Part shown: positions 38,107 through 46,993 of the stretch, piece after piece
Position numbering within the stretch: the first letter of the stretch is position 1
Layout: every line of letters starts with the position of its first letter
From: Candidatus Pacearchaeota archaeon
Lineage (GTDB): Archaea; Nanobdellota; Nanobdellia; Pacearchaeales; UBA284
Assembly (NCBI GenBank): GCA_026016245.1
Contig: CP061211.1
Location: 567,285 to 631,284, forward strand
Reading direction: 5' to 3'
Length of the DNA stretch: 64,000 bases
Program-made: the position numbers and the translations under genes
The notes under the pieces: model-generated
The model's input: only the letters and a program-made list of their open reading frames with translations
What the model was told of the DNA's origin: nothing
Databases searched by the model: none

Positions 38107-39507
38107 TTGAAGATGAATTTAGTTAGTAGTATTGAAAAAAACATAAAAAGAGCTTCTGAGAAATTCAAAAAGATTTTTCCTAAAGAAGGCATTATTAGAA
38201 TTGTGACCCATCTTGATACAGATGGTTTGACTTCTGCTGCTATTTTAACTATGGTATTGATTAAAAATGGCCAGGAGTTTTGGATTACTATAGTAAAGCA
38301 GCTTGAGGAATCTATTTTTGAAAATTTGAAGCAGGAGGCATCAAAACAAAAATGGAAGGCTTTATTATTTTTGGATCTTGGTTCAGGTAATTTAGGGGAG
38401 ATTAAAAAAATAACTAAAGAACCTATTTTTATAATAGACCATCACGAGATTGAGGCTTCTTTTGAGAGTTATATTGAAGAGGAGAATTTTTATTTCATTA
38501 ATCCTTTGAGTGAAAAAATAAGTGCTGCTGGCTTATGTTATTTATTTGCTAAAGGTCTTGGCAGCGAGAAGAAACTTGCGCAATTTGCTGTTCTTGGGAT
38601 GATAGGAGATATCCTTGACAAATCAATTGGTAAATTAAATAATCTCATATTGAACGATGCTAAAGATAGTGGAATGAAGGTTAAAAGAGGGCTTACAGTT
38701 TTTTCAGCAATGAGACCTTTACATAAGGCACTTGAATTCAGTTCTAGTGTTTACATACCTGGTGTGACAGGAAATTTTAATGGTTCTCTTGGAATGCTGA
38801 GAGAGATAGGTATTAACGCTAAAAAAGCAAGAAGGTGGAGGACTTTAATGGACTTGAATGACGAAGAGGTTTCAAGACTTATTACTGCCATACTTGTAAG
38901 GAGAGTTAATGATGGAAGAGGGCAGGATATTATTGACAATATTTATTTGATAAAAATAGCAAATCAGATATGGGATGCCAGAGAAGTTAGTACTATGCTG
39001 AATGCTTGTGGTAGATTAAATTATGGTGGTTTAGCTTTATCTTTCCTTCTTGGTTCCAGAGAGGCTAGAGAGGAGGTAGAGAATGTTTACAGCCAGTACA
39101 AGCATCTCATTATTAAAGCCCTGAATTGGATAGAGGGGGCGAAAAAAATTCAAGGAAGTAATTATATTATTGTTAATGCAAGATCAAACATAAAAGACAC
39201 GATTATAGGGACTGCCATGTCTATTCTTTCATCTTCTTTTATTTATTCTAAAGGAACTATCTTAATTGGAATGGCATACAGACCTGACAGCAAGATTAAG
39301 ATTTCTGCGAGAATTGTTAGGGATGGTGAAAAAAAATGTGATGTTAATCTAAACAAAATTTTGAGTCCTGTTATTAAAGCCATTGGAGGAGAAGTTGGAG
39401 GACATCCAAGGGCTGCAGGCGCCCTTATTTCTCAAGATAAGGAAAAGGTTTTTCTTGAATTAATAGAAAAAGAAATGAATGCTCATGAACTGAGCATTAA
39501 GATTTAA
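38107..39507 (+). CDS. DHH-family phosphoesterase (archaeal RecJ/GAN-like)
   Basis: VTHLDTDGLTSAAIL and IIDHHEIE motifs, plus a DHHA1-like C-terminal GGHPRAAGA. It follows rps15, as in many archaea. Confidence 0.7.
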   Translation: MKMNLVSSIEKNIKRASEKFKKIFPKEGIIRIVTHLDTDGLTSAAILTMVLIKNGQEFWITIVKQLEESIFENLKQEASKQKWKALLFLDLGSGNLGEIKKITKEPIFIIDHHEIEASFESYIEEENFYFINPLSEKISAAGLCYLFAKGLGSEKKLAQFAVLGMIGDILDKSIGKLNNLILNDAKDSGMKVKRGLTVFSAMRPLHKALEFSSSVYIPGVTGNFNGSLGMLREIGINAKKARRWRTLMDLNDEEVSRLITAILVRRVNDGRGQDIIDNIYLIKIANQIWDAREVSTMLNACGRLNYGGLALSFLLGSREAREEVENVYSQYKHLIIKALNWIEGAKKIQGSNYIIVNARSNIKDTIIGTAMSILSSSFIYSKGTILIGMAYRPDSKIKISARIVRDGEKKCDVNLNKILSPVIKAIGGEVGGHPRAAGALISQDKEKVFLELIEKEMNAHELSIKI

Positions 39508-39525
39508 AAAGCCCTAAGACTTTTT

Positions 39526-39726
39526 TTGAAAATGAAGATAATGAAACAAATAAGGACAACAAAAAGCAAGTTTATTAGAGTGAGATGTCCAAAATGTAAC
39601 TCTGAACAAGCAATATTTGGAAAAGCTACAACAAAAGTAAAATGCTTGAAGTGTGGCCAACAACTTACAAAACCAACTGCAAGCAAAGCTAAAATAAAGG
39701 CCAAAGTTCTAGAGGTTTTTAAATAA
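39526..39726 (+). CDS. rps27e: 30S ribosomal protein S27e
   Basis: C4 zinc finger VRCPKCNSEQAIF...VKCLKCGQ. Confidence 0.75.
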   Translation: MKMKIMKQIRTTKSKFIRVRCPKCNSEQAIFGKATTKVKCLKCGQQLTKPTASKAKIKAKVLEVFK

Positions 39727-39740
39727 AATTTAATGATAAA

Positions 39741-40382
39741 ATGATAGTTTTAGATATAGAAACAAGTGGAGTAGATTTTCTAAAGTGTGGGATTTGGCAG
39801 ATAGGTGCTGTTGATTTAAAAAATCCAAAAAATCAATTTCTAGAAGAAAGCAGAATAGATAATGAAGATATAGTAACAGAAGGCTCTATGAAAGTTACAG
39901 GAAAAACAGAAGAAGAGATGAGAGACGAAAATAAGCAGATACAGAAAGAATTATTAGAGAGGTTTTTTGATTGGTGTAAAAAAGCTAAGATTAAGAATTT
40001 TATATGTCAGAATCCGCAATTTGATACAACCTTTTTAAAATTAAAAGCTTCAAAATATGGATTAGAGTATCCTTTTCATCATAGGGCTTTTGATACACAT
40101 AGTATTGCATCATTAAAATATAAACAAGTCAAAGGAAAATTTCTAATTGAAGAAAGTAATGGGCAATTTTGTAGTGGATTAACTTTCACAAAAATAATTG
40201 AATTTTGTGGTGTAGAAGATAAAAGAAGATTAATGAAAGATGGAGAGATTGTTAAAGAAGGCTCTCCTCATAATGCTTTAACAGATGCTAAGCTTACAGC
40301 AGAGTGTTTTTCAAGAATTGTTAATGGAAAAAATCTTTTAGAAGAATTTAAAAAATTTCCAATTCCTAAATATTTAAAATGA
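39741..40382 (+). CDS. DEDDh 3'-5' exonuclease (DnaQ-like)
   Basis: MIVLDIETSG is Exo I. CQNPQFDTTFL is Exo II. SPHNALTDAKLTAE is Exo III with His. Confidence 0.7.
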   Translation: MIVLDIETSGVDFLKCGIWQIGAVDLKNPKNQFLEESRIDNEDIVTEGSMKVTGKTEEEMRDENKQIQKELLERFFDWCKKAKIKNFICQNPQFDTTFLKLKASKYGLEYPFHHRAFDTHSIASLKYKQVKGKFLIEESNGQFCSGLTFTKIIEFCGVEDKRRLMKDGEIVKEGSPHNALTDAKLTAECFSRIVNGKNLLEEFKKFPIPKYLK

Positions 40383-41146
40383 ACAATAAAGAATTTCCAG
40401 AAGAAGGAGAAATTTTGTTAGGGACAGTTGAAAGAGTAGTTAGAACAAATGTTTTTGTAAAGTTGGATGATTATGGTAAAGAAGGAGTTATGTCTTTTAG
40501 TGAGGTTTCCCCAGGTAGAATTAGAAATATAAGAAAATATGTTGTTCCTGGCCAAAAAATAGTCTGTAAGGTTTTGAGGGTTGATGAGGCTAGAAATCAT
40601 ATTGACTTATCATTAAGAAGGGTAAGCACAAGAGAAAAGAAAGAAGTTCTTGAAATACACAAGAGGGGCAAGGATGCGCTGGCAATGATGGGTGTTATTG
40701 TGAAAGAAAAGAAAAAACTAGATGAGCTTGTTGATAAGATAAAAGAAAAATTTGGTTTAGGAGAATTTTTAGAAGAATTAATGGCCAAGGTAGGAGAACC
40801 AAAGGAAAGTCTTTCTATGTTAAAAAAGGTAGGTTTTAGTGATGAAGAAGCTAATAGACTCTTGAAGCTGATTTCTGAAAAAATAAAAGAGAGAAGGGTG
40901 AAAGTCAAAGAAAAAATATCTTTGAGCAGTGAGGCTGAGGATGGAGTTGAGATAATTAAAAAAATTCTTGGCGAGGCAGAGAAGAAGGCAGAGGTTAGTT
41001 ATTTAGGAGCGTCTTATTATTCTCTTACAATAGAAGATAAGGATTATAAGGAAGCAAATAAAAAGTTAAAAAATATTCTAGATAATATAGAGAGAATGGC
41101 AAAAGAATTTAAATGTAATTTTAAACATCTAAAGGAGAAAAAGTAA
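40379..41146 (+). CDS. Translation initiation factor 2 alpha subunit (aIF2-alpha)
   Basis: N-terminal S1 domain EGEILLGTVERVVRTNVFVKLDDYGKEGVMSFSEVS...IDLSLRRV, then a helical domain. Confidence 0.8.
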   Translation: MNNKEFPEEGEILLGTVERVVRTNVFVKLDDYGKEGVMSFSEVSPGRIRNIRKYVVPGQKIVCKVLRVDEARNHIDLSLRRVSTREKKEVLEIHKRGKDALAMMGVIVKEKKKLDELVDKIKEKFGLGEFLEELMAKVGEPKESLSMLKKVGFSDEEANRLLKLISEKIKERRVKVKEKISLSSEAEDGVEIIKKILGEAEKKAEVSYLGASYYSLTIEDKDYKEANKKLKNILDNIERMAKEFKCNFKHLKEKK

Positions 41147-41147
41147 A

Positions 41148-41306
41148 ATGAAGCAAGTCAAATGTATAAGTTGTGGAAAAGAGCTGAGTAAAGGAGGAGT
41201 TATTTTAAAATGTCCTTCCTGCGGCAAGAAAACTATTGTGAGATGTGATCATTGCCGTAAAGTAGGAGTTAAATATAAATGTGATTGTGGTTTTGAAGGT
41301 CCATAA
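41148..41306 (+). CDS. Zn-ribbon protein (52 aa, absent from the ORF track)
   Basis: MKQVKCISCGKEL...KCPSCGKKTIVRCDHCRK...KCDCG has four CxxC pairs. It sits in the position commonly seen before aEF-1beta. Confidence 0.55.
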   Translation: MKQVKCISCGKELSKGGVILKCPSCGKKTIVRCDHCRKVGVKYKCDCGFEGP

Positions 41307-41316
41307 AAAAAGAAAA

Positions 41317-41589
41317 ATGGCGATGGCTATCCTTAAACTTAAGATAATGCCTAAATCCCCTGATACAGATTTAGGGAAGATAAAAATAGAGATAGAAGAG
41401 AGAGCTAAGAGATTTGATGCAAAAGTTCATTCTTCTGAGGAACAACCTATTGCTTTTGGCCTTAAGGCTTTGATAGTAACACTTGCATGGCCAGAAGAGA
41501 AAAGCACAGAGGGTGGGGTAGAAGAATTTTTACATATAGAAGAGATTAGCAGTATTGATGTTATTGATTATAGAAGGGCATTTGGTTAA
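41317..41589 (+). CDS. Elongation factor 1-beta (aEF-1beta)
   Basis: MAMAILKLKIMPKSPDTDLGKIKIEIE...PIAFGLKALIV. Start taken at the ATG at 41317. Confidence 0.8.
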   Translation: MAMAILKLKIMPKSPDTDLGKIKIEIEERAKRFDAKVHSSEEQPIAFGLKALIVTLAWPEEKSTEGGVEEFLHIEEISSIDVIDYRRAFG

Positions 41590-41601
41590 GATTAATCAAA
41601 A

Positions 41602-42264
41602 ATGGATGAAAAAGAAATAGAAAAATTAAGAAAAAAAATTTTAGAACAGGTAGAAAGGCTACCAGAAGAGCAAGCCTCCTCTTTGAGAGAACAGATTAAG
41701 AGCGCAAGTCCTCAAGAGCTGGAGAATTTTTTAAAACAACAAATGGTTCGAGGAGATGAGGGCGAGTGTTTTTTCTGCCAGCTTGTTTCTGGTAAAGTTG
41801 AAACAGTGAGGATATATGAGGATGCTGATATTTTATGTATTCTAGATATCTATCCTGCAAATCCTGGACATATGATTGTTATACCAAAAAAACATTTTCA
41901 GTTTATGCATGAAATCCCTGATGCTCTTCTGAAAAAGATATTTATTTTTATTAAAACAATAGAGCCTATACTCCTTGATACTACTAAAGCACATGGTTTA
42001 AGCATTTATATTGCCCAAGGACAGGGAGCTGGTCAGAAAGTAAAACATTTTTCTGTAAATCTTATTCCTAGATTTGAAGGTGATAATATTAATTTTGAAT
42101 GGCAAAGAAAAAAAGTTTCTAAAGATGAATTAGAAAAGCTTGGTAAAAAGATAAGGGAAAAAAGCGAGGGAATTGTAAGGGGGGAGCAGGAAAAAAAGGA
42201 GAAAGAAAAAGAATTGGAAGAGGCTGAAAAGATGATGAAGCATGTTAAGGAAAGAGTGCCTTAG
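41602..42264 (+). CDS. HIT-family-like hydrolase with a Glu/Lys-rich tail
   Basis: GECFFCQLVSGKVETVRIYEDADILCILDIYPANPGHMIVIPKKH is the HIT N-terminal core. The histidine triad looks degenerate (VKHFSVNL). Confidence 0.5.
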   Translation: MDEKEIEKLRKKILEQVERLPEEQASSLREQIKSASPQELENFLKQQMVRGDEGECFFCQLVSGKVETVRIYEDADILCILDIYPANPGHMIVIPKKHFQFMHEIPDALLKKIFIFIKTIEPILLDTTKAHGLSIYIAQGQGAGQKVKHFSVNLIPRFEGDNINFEWQRKKVSKDELEKLGKKIREKSEGIVRGEQEKKEKEKELEEAEKMMKHVKERVP

Positions 42265-43154
42265 ATTCCAAACAAGTAATGTATTATTATAAATAATAAA
42301 TCACCCACAAACAGGCTGCATATTAAAGCTATGAGGAAGACTGGTACAAAAGGCAGGCCGTATTTGATTGTAATTTTCTTTTTTGATTTTCTAAGCAGCT
42401 GAATGTCTTTCTTACTTAAACCATGAATGCTTGGCTTGATCATTTTATTCTTTATTTTTACAGATTCAATTATCCAGTCTCCTTCACTGAGCTTGCTTGC
42501 TGGAACTTTTCTGATCATTGCTGAATTTTCTGCAGCTTTGATGAAAGAGTAAAGTAAGGGCAGGATTAAGAATACTATAAATGGAATGAAAAACCAGCTT
42601 TTATCAAATAAACTTAATGTTAAGGCGATGGCAGCTATAAGCCAGGAGATAGTTCTGAAAAATCTTATTCTTTTGAATGTTTTTTGGAATTCCATGCCAA
42701 ATGTTTTATTTCTAATTGCTGAGAAGATACTGAAGAAAAGTCCATAAATAGAACCTATGAAAAATATGTTAATTAGGAAAATGAGAAGAAAAGGCTCATT
42801 GAATGATCCTAGTGAATAAACCTGAAAATGTGATGCAAAAATTGGTTGTGTTGCAAAAACCACAGAAAGGGCCATCAAAAGTTTGGCATCCCCTCCCCCA
42901 AATATTCTAGTATAATAGAAGAGATGCGCTAAAAGGTAAAAGATTGCAAATGCAGCTAGGGCATACCAAAAATATGGGGCTTGTTTTTCCATAATTGCTG
43001 CAAGGGCCCTTACTGCAAATGCTATAAAAATTAAACTAAAACTTAGCCAGTTTGGCACCTCCCTCTTTCTTAAATCAGTTACAGAGGCTGTGATTAGCCA
43101 TAAAAAGGCGATAGATACTAACAAAATATCAGAAATGAAAATTATATCTGCCAT
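42261..43154 (-). CDS. Prepilin/preflagellin peptidase (A24 family, PibD/FlaK-like)
   Basis: First catalytic Asp box ASVTDLRKREVPNWL. Second GGGDAKLLMALS. N-terminal polytopic helices. An extended C-terminal domain is present. Confidence 0.8.
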   Translation of the reverse strand: MADIIFISDILLVSIAFLWLITASVTDLRKREVPNWLSFSLIFIAFAVRALAAIMEKQAPYFWYALAAFAIFYLLAHLFYYTRIFGGGDAKLLMALSVVFATQPIFASHFQVYSLGSFNEPFLLIFLINIFFIGSIYGLFFSIFSAIRNKTFGMEFQKTFKRIRFFRTISWLIAAIALTLSLFDKSWFFIPFIVFLILPLLYSFIKAAENSAMIRKVPASKLSEGDWIIESVKIKNKMIKPSIHGLSKKDIQLLRKSKKKITIKYGLPFVPVFLIALICSLFVGDLLFIIIHYLFGI

Positions 43155-43365
43155 CTTTTTCCTTGTTTTTAATCTTTCTTTCTTTTTTTCAGTGTTCTTA
43201 GTGGTCCACCTTTCTTATAGACTCTATATCTTCTTTTCTTTTTTAAATGTTTTTTGCTTTTTCTTTGTTCAGGAACTGCGTATTGCATTGTAAGGGAAAG
43301 GTTTTAAAATTTAAAAATTTTAGTATTTTTATCATAAAGAGGAAAAGAGAGGATAATGGTATAAT

Positions 43366-44700
43366 ATGGTGATTTGGGTTTTCATTATTGCTGGAGCCAT
43401 ACTTGGCGCAATACTTTTAGGTGCTGGCAAGCCAGGGGGAAGAGTTTCTTACACTATGGGTGATATATTTAATGCTAGTATTGGTGCTGCTATTCCTGGT
43501 TTAATAATAGGGGGTGTTATTGGAGTTTTGCTTAGCCTTTTTGCTATCTATGACCTTGGTTTTAGTGGCTTGCTTGCCACTTTAATTCTAGGTGTTGTTG
43601 GCGCTTTTGGTCTTGGCTTGCTTTTTTTTGTTTTCACTGCTGTTGTCAAGGGTCTTTCTAATTTAATTGGTGAGAGAGGTGCGAGAATTATTACTGGGCT
43701 TCTTGCAGGGGCTGTGATCGGTGCTATATTTGGTTTATTCTTTTCACCGCTTGGAGTTACTATAATGCCTGAGTATTTGAAATTTGCAGATCCTTTGAAA
43801 GAGACTGTTGTTGATGGCTTGGAAGAGCTTGCGAAGTTTAGGCACTGTCTTTATGCTGATCCAAGATGCCCTTTCTTTGTTTCCTGGGAAGATCCAAATG
43901 TGCAATCAATTGTTGAGGAATTTAATGTGAAAGTGGATTTCTCTGAAAGAAGAATCCTTCCAGATAATACTATAAATCTTCTTGTATCATTATCTGTTCG
44001 AAATCCTGAGTTTGCAGAGCTTCATATTAAGCCCAAATGTTTTTTCAAAAAAGACAAAGAAAGAGAGCTTATTGTTGAGAGAATGGGGAGTTATGCTTTT
44101 GGCGATGAATTTGTTTTTGGGACCACATCACCTGGGCAAGAACTGCATACAACTTTTAGATGCATAGGAGAGATTCCAGAAGCTGCTGATAAAAATATCT
44201 ATAGTGAGTATGTTGTTGTGGAATTAGAAAGGCCTGTGGGTGTAAAAACAATCTGGCCAGTGTGGATAGGAGAACAGCCAAGAATGGGAATTGTCAGGAG
44301 TGAGATGAAATTCAATGCTCCTTATATTGTTGCTCTTGGAAGCAATAATGACATGCCTTTTGAAGAAGGCAAGGAATATGATTTTCAGCTGACAATTAAA
44401 AGAAAAGAAAAAGGAGCTAAGCTGAAAGAAATAGAAACAATAAACGTGAAATTCCCTGAGGATGTCTTGGCAAGCTGTGATAATTTTGAAGGAATAGATC
44501 ATGAATTTGAGTTAAGCGATTATGATTATGATTCTTTAAAAAATATTGCACAGTATGAAAAAGAGTACGATAAATTTATATTCCCTTGTGGACTTTATGT
44601 TGTGAGTGCTCCAAAAGAGGCTGTGATGGCGCCTTTTGAGCTCGAAGCTTATTACAGAGTTTATTCAGATTATTCAATTAGGATAATCAAATCACCTTAA
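43366..44700 (+). CDS. Membrane protein with Gly-rich helices and a soluble C-terminal domain
   Basis: Transmembrane helices rich in G/A/I/L, then about 250 aa of soluble sequence. No motif recognised. Confidence 0.45.
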   Translation: MVIWVFIIAGAILGAILLGAGKPGGRVSYTMGDIFNASIGAAIPGLIIGGVIGVLLSLFAIYDLGFSGLLATLILGVVGAFGLGLLFFVFTAVVKGLSNLIGERGARIITGLLAGAVIGAIFGLFFSPLGVTIMPEYLKFADPLKETVVDGLEELAKFRHCLYADPRCPFFVSWEDPNVQSIVEEFNVKVDFSERRILPDNTINLLVSLSVRNPEFAELHIKPKCFFKKDKERELIVERMGSYAFGDEFVFGTTSPGQELHTTFRCIGEIPEAADKNIYSEYVVVELERPVGVKTIWPVWIGEQPRMGIVRSEMKFNAPYIVALGSNNDMPFEEGKEYDFQLTIKRKEKGAKLKEIETINVKFPEDVLASCDNFEGIDHEFELSDYDYDSLKNIAQYEKEYDKFIFPCGLYVVSAPKEAVMAPFELEAYYRVYSDYSIRIIKSP

Positions 44701-44706
44701 AATAAA

Positions 44707-45639
44707 ATGAAAAAGAGGAAAACTATAGTTGAGATTATTTGTATTATCTTAATATTATTGTTGGTTTTTTTTCTTGTTTCTGGTCAGGAAGGTTGTCAAT
44801 TGCCAGGACAAGGGCCCAAGGCAGAAAAAACTGGAATTGATTACCAGCTTATTAGCGGGATTGATTATTTAAGTGCTGGGAAATTGTTAGAACAAGGAGA
44901 GAGTTTCTATGTTGGCATTAAAATAGAAAATTATGATGAAACACCAAGGACAGGACAGATATGTATTAGGGATAATATAGCTGACACTTTTGGGGGCATT
45001 TCTAGCGAAGGGTTTGGTGAATGTAAGTTTTTCAGTATTCGTGCTGCTGATGTCATCAAAAAAGAAGTCTCAACTATCTGGGGCAAGCAGATTAAGGAGG
45101 AAGTAACCCCTGGAGCAACAGAAATTTATTTTCCTGAAGCAGCAGAATATAGCTATTATAGCCTGCCTTCTTTAGTAAAACCATATTCTGGATTGCTTTT
45201 TGTTTCTTTACAATACAGGGAGACAACACAAGCAACAGGAACAGTTACAGTTCCTGGTCCTGAACAGCCAGCCTTAAGTCAAGAACCAGCACCTATAGCA
45301 ATCTCTGTGGTCAAGTCTATACATAAAAGACAGGATGGCTATAAAGTTGATTTTGAGATCTTACTGAAAAAACAGCAGAAAGCAAAAATTTTCTCCCATG
45401 ATTTTATCCAGGAGAATGTAACTTACTTTAGAGCTGAAATGGTTCCACAAACTTTGGCTTGCACAGTTTCAGGACAGCCTATTACAGGATTAGTTGAGTT
45501 TGAAAACGAAAGGCTTATAAAATGTTCAAGTCTTATTTATACAACAACCCAACAAAGTTATCCTCTTGTGATAACTCTTGATTATGGGGTTGCTCTAGAA
45601 AAGAGTTATCCTTTTGGTATTGAAACAGAAGGTGAATAA
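44707..45639 (+). CDS. Secreted hypothetical protein, paralog A
   Basis: Signal/transmembrane IICIILILLLVFFLVSGQEGCQ. Similar length and cleavage-region pattern to the next ORF. Confidence 0.45.
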   Translation: MKKRKTIVEIICIILILLLVFFLVSGQEGCQLPGQGPKAEKTGIDYQLISGIDYLSAGKLLEQGESFYVGIKIENYDETPRTGQICIRDNIADTFGGISSEGFGECKFFSIRAADVIKKEVSTIWGKQIKEEVTPGATEIYFPEAAEYSYYSLPSLVKPYSGLLFVSLQYRETTQATGTVTVPGPEQPALSQEPAPIAISVVKSIHKRQDGYKVDFEILLKKQQKAKIFSHDFIQENVTYFRAEMVPQTLACTVSGQPITGLVEFENERLIKCSSLIYTTTQQSYPLVITLDYGVALEKSYPFGIETEGE

Positions 45640-45692
45640 AAAAGAAAAAGAAAGATTGTGAAAAAAAGAAAAAAAGAGGAAAAAAAGGAAAG

Positions 45693-46601
45693 ATGAAATT
45701 TGATATTAATTTTTTTCTAGTTTTTTTACTTTTAGCTGTCTTAGTTTTAGCCAGTGGTCAGATGGGTTGTCCTCAGGAAGAGGAAGTAGAGTTTAATACA
45801 ACTGCCCTTATCATGAATTTTGTTGAAAATGCCCCTCCAAATGAACTTGTCACTGGATTGAAATATCCCATTTATGTTGATATAAAGAATCTTGGAGGAT
45901 ATGATGTTCCTAAGGGAGCAGCACATTTTTATCTAAGTGGAATCGGGGATAATTTAGAGAATGTGCAGACTCATGTCCAGAATGTTAATTTTTTGAATAA
46001 GAGAACTGGAACACAGGAAGGCGGTCAGGAAAGAATCAGCTTTGCTACAGAGGCAGAGCCTTGGAAAACCCTACCAGCCCCTTTTAATTTAAACATTCAG
46101 ATAGATTCTTGTTACAGTTATGCTACAATAACCCAAACAAGTATCTGTGTTGGAAAGGGAAATACTATCTGTAGTATAAGTGGAGAAAAAATTGAAACAG
46201 GAAGCAATTCTGCTGCTCCGATACAAATCTCTAGCTTGACAGAGAGCATGACAGGGAATAAACTGTTTGTCACATTTAGAATAGAGAATAAAGGCTTAGG
46301 AGAGGTTTATCTGCCTAATACTGATTGTGATAAGTTACAAGCACAAGATATAAATGAAAAATTAAAACAGAATCAGGTTGAGATATCAATAAGGGTAGAG
46401 GAAGGAGTTACTTGCAGGCTTCAACAATCAACAGAACCTTATGGAACTATAGATGCTCTTGACGGCATTACTTCTATCGGGCAGGTAACATGTCAGAAAG
46501 TTATAGAGGGCGCTGAATCACACTTGTCTCCTTTTGAAATAGTTCTTTCATACAAATACAGAGAAAAAATATCAAAGAGCATAACAATATTGCCAGAGTG
46601 A
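45693..46601 (+). CDS. Secreted hypothetical protein, paralog B
   Basis: Signal/transmembrane FFLVFLLLAVLVLASGQMGCPQ. Paralogous to 44707-45639. Confidence 0.45.
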   Translation: MKFDINFFLVFLLLAVLVLASGQMGCPQEEEVEFNTTALIMNFVENAPPNELVTGLKYPIYVDIKNLGGYDVPKGAAHFYLSGIGDNLENVQTHVQNVNFLNKRTGTQEGGQERISFATEAEPWKTLPAPFNLNIQIDSCYSYATITQTSICVGKGNTICSISGEKIETGSNSAAPIQISSLTESMTGNKLFVTFRIENKGLGEVYLPNTDCDKLQAQDINEKLKQNQVEISIRVEEGVTCRLQQSTEPYGTIDALDGITSIGQVTCQKVIEGAESHLSPFEIVLSYKYREKISKSITILPE

Positions 46602-46910
46602 TCATTCAATCATTTCTATTTCTACATTAACATCTTTAGGGATAGGCATTCTCATTATGCTATGAAGAACACGTTCATCAGCAGGCATGTCAATCAGCCT
46701 TTTATGAATTCTCATTTCATATTTATCAAAAGTAGCTTTACCATCGCCGCAAGGGCTTTTTCTCGTAGTAATCTTTAATTTTTTAGTTGGCAAAGGCACA
46801 GGACCTCTAATTATAATACCAGCCTTAGAACTAATCTCTTTAATATTATTTATTAATTCATTCAACTTATTTATATCTATACTTGCTAGCTTAATCCTTG
46901 TTCGTGCCAT
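46602..46910 (-). CDS. rps10: 30S ribosomal protein S10 (uS10)
   Basis: IRGPVPLPTKKLKITTRKSPCGDGKATFDKYEMRIHKRLIDM matches the S10 core. Confidence 0.8.
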   Translation of the reverse strand: MARTRIKLASIDINKLNELINNIKEISSKAGIIIRGPVPLPTKKLKITTRKSPCGDGKATFDKYEMRIHKRLIDMPADERVLHSIMRMPIPKDVNVEIEMIE

Positions 46911-46993
46911 AAAAGACCTTGAGTGTGGATAATATAAAAATCTTGCGTTCCATGATTTTAGAAAAACTTTAAAAAAACCAAATCCTTCTAAAA

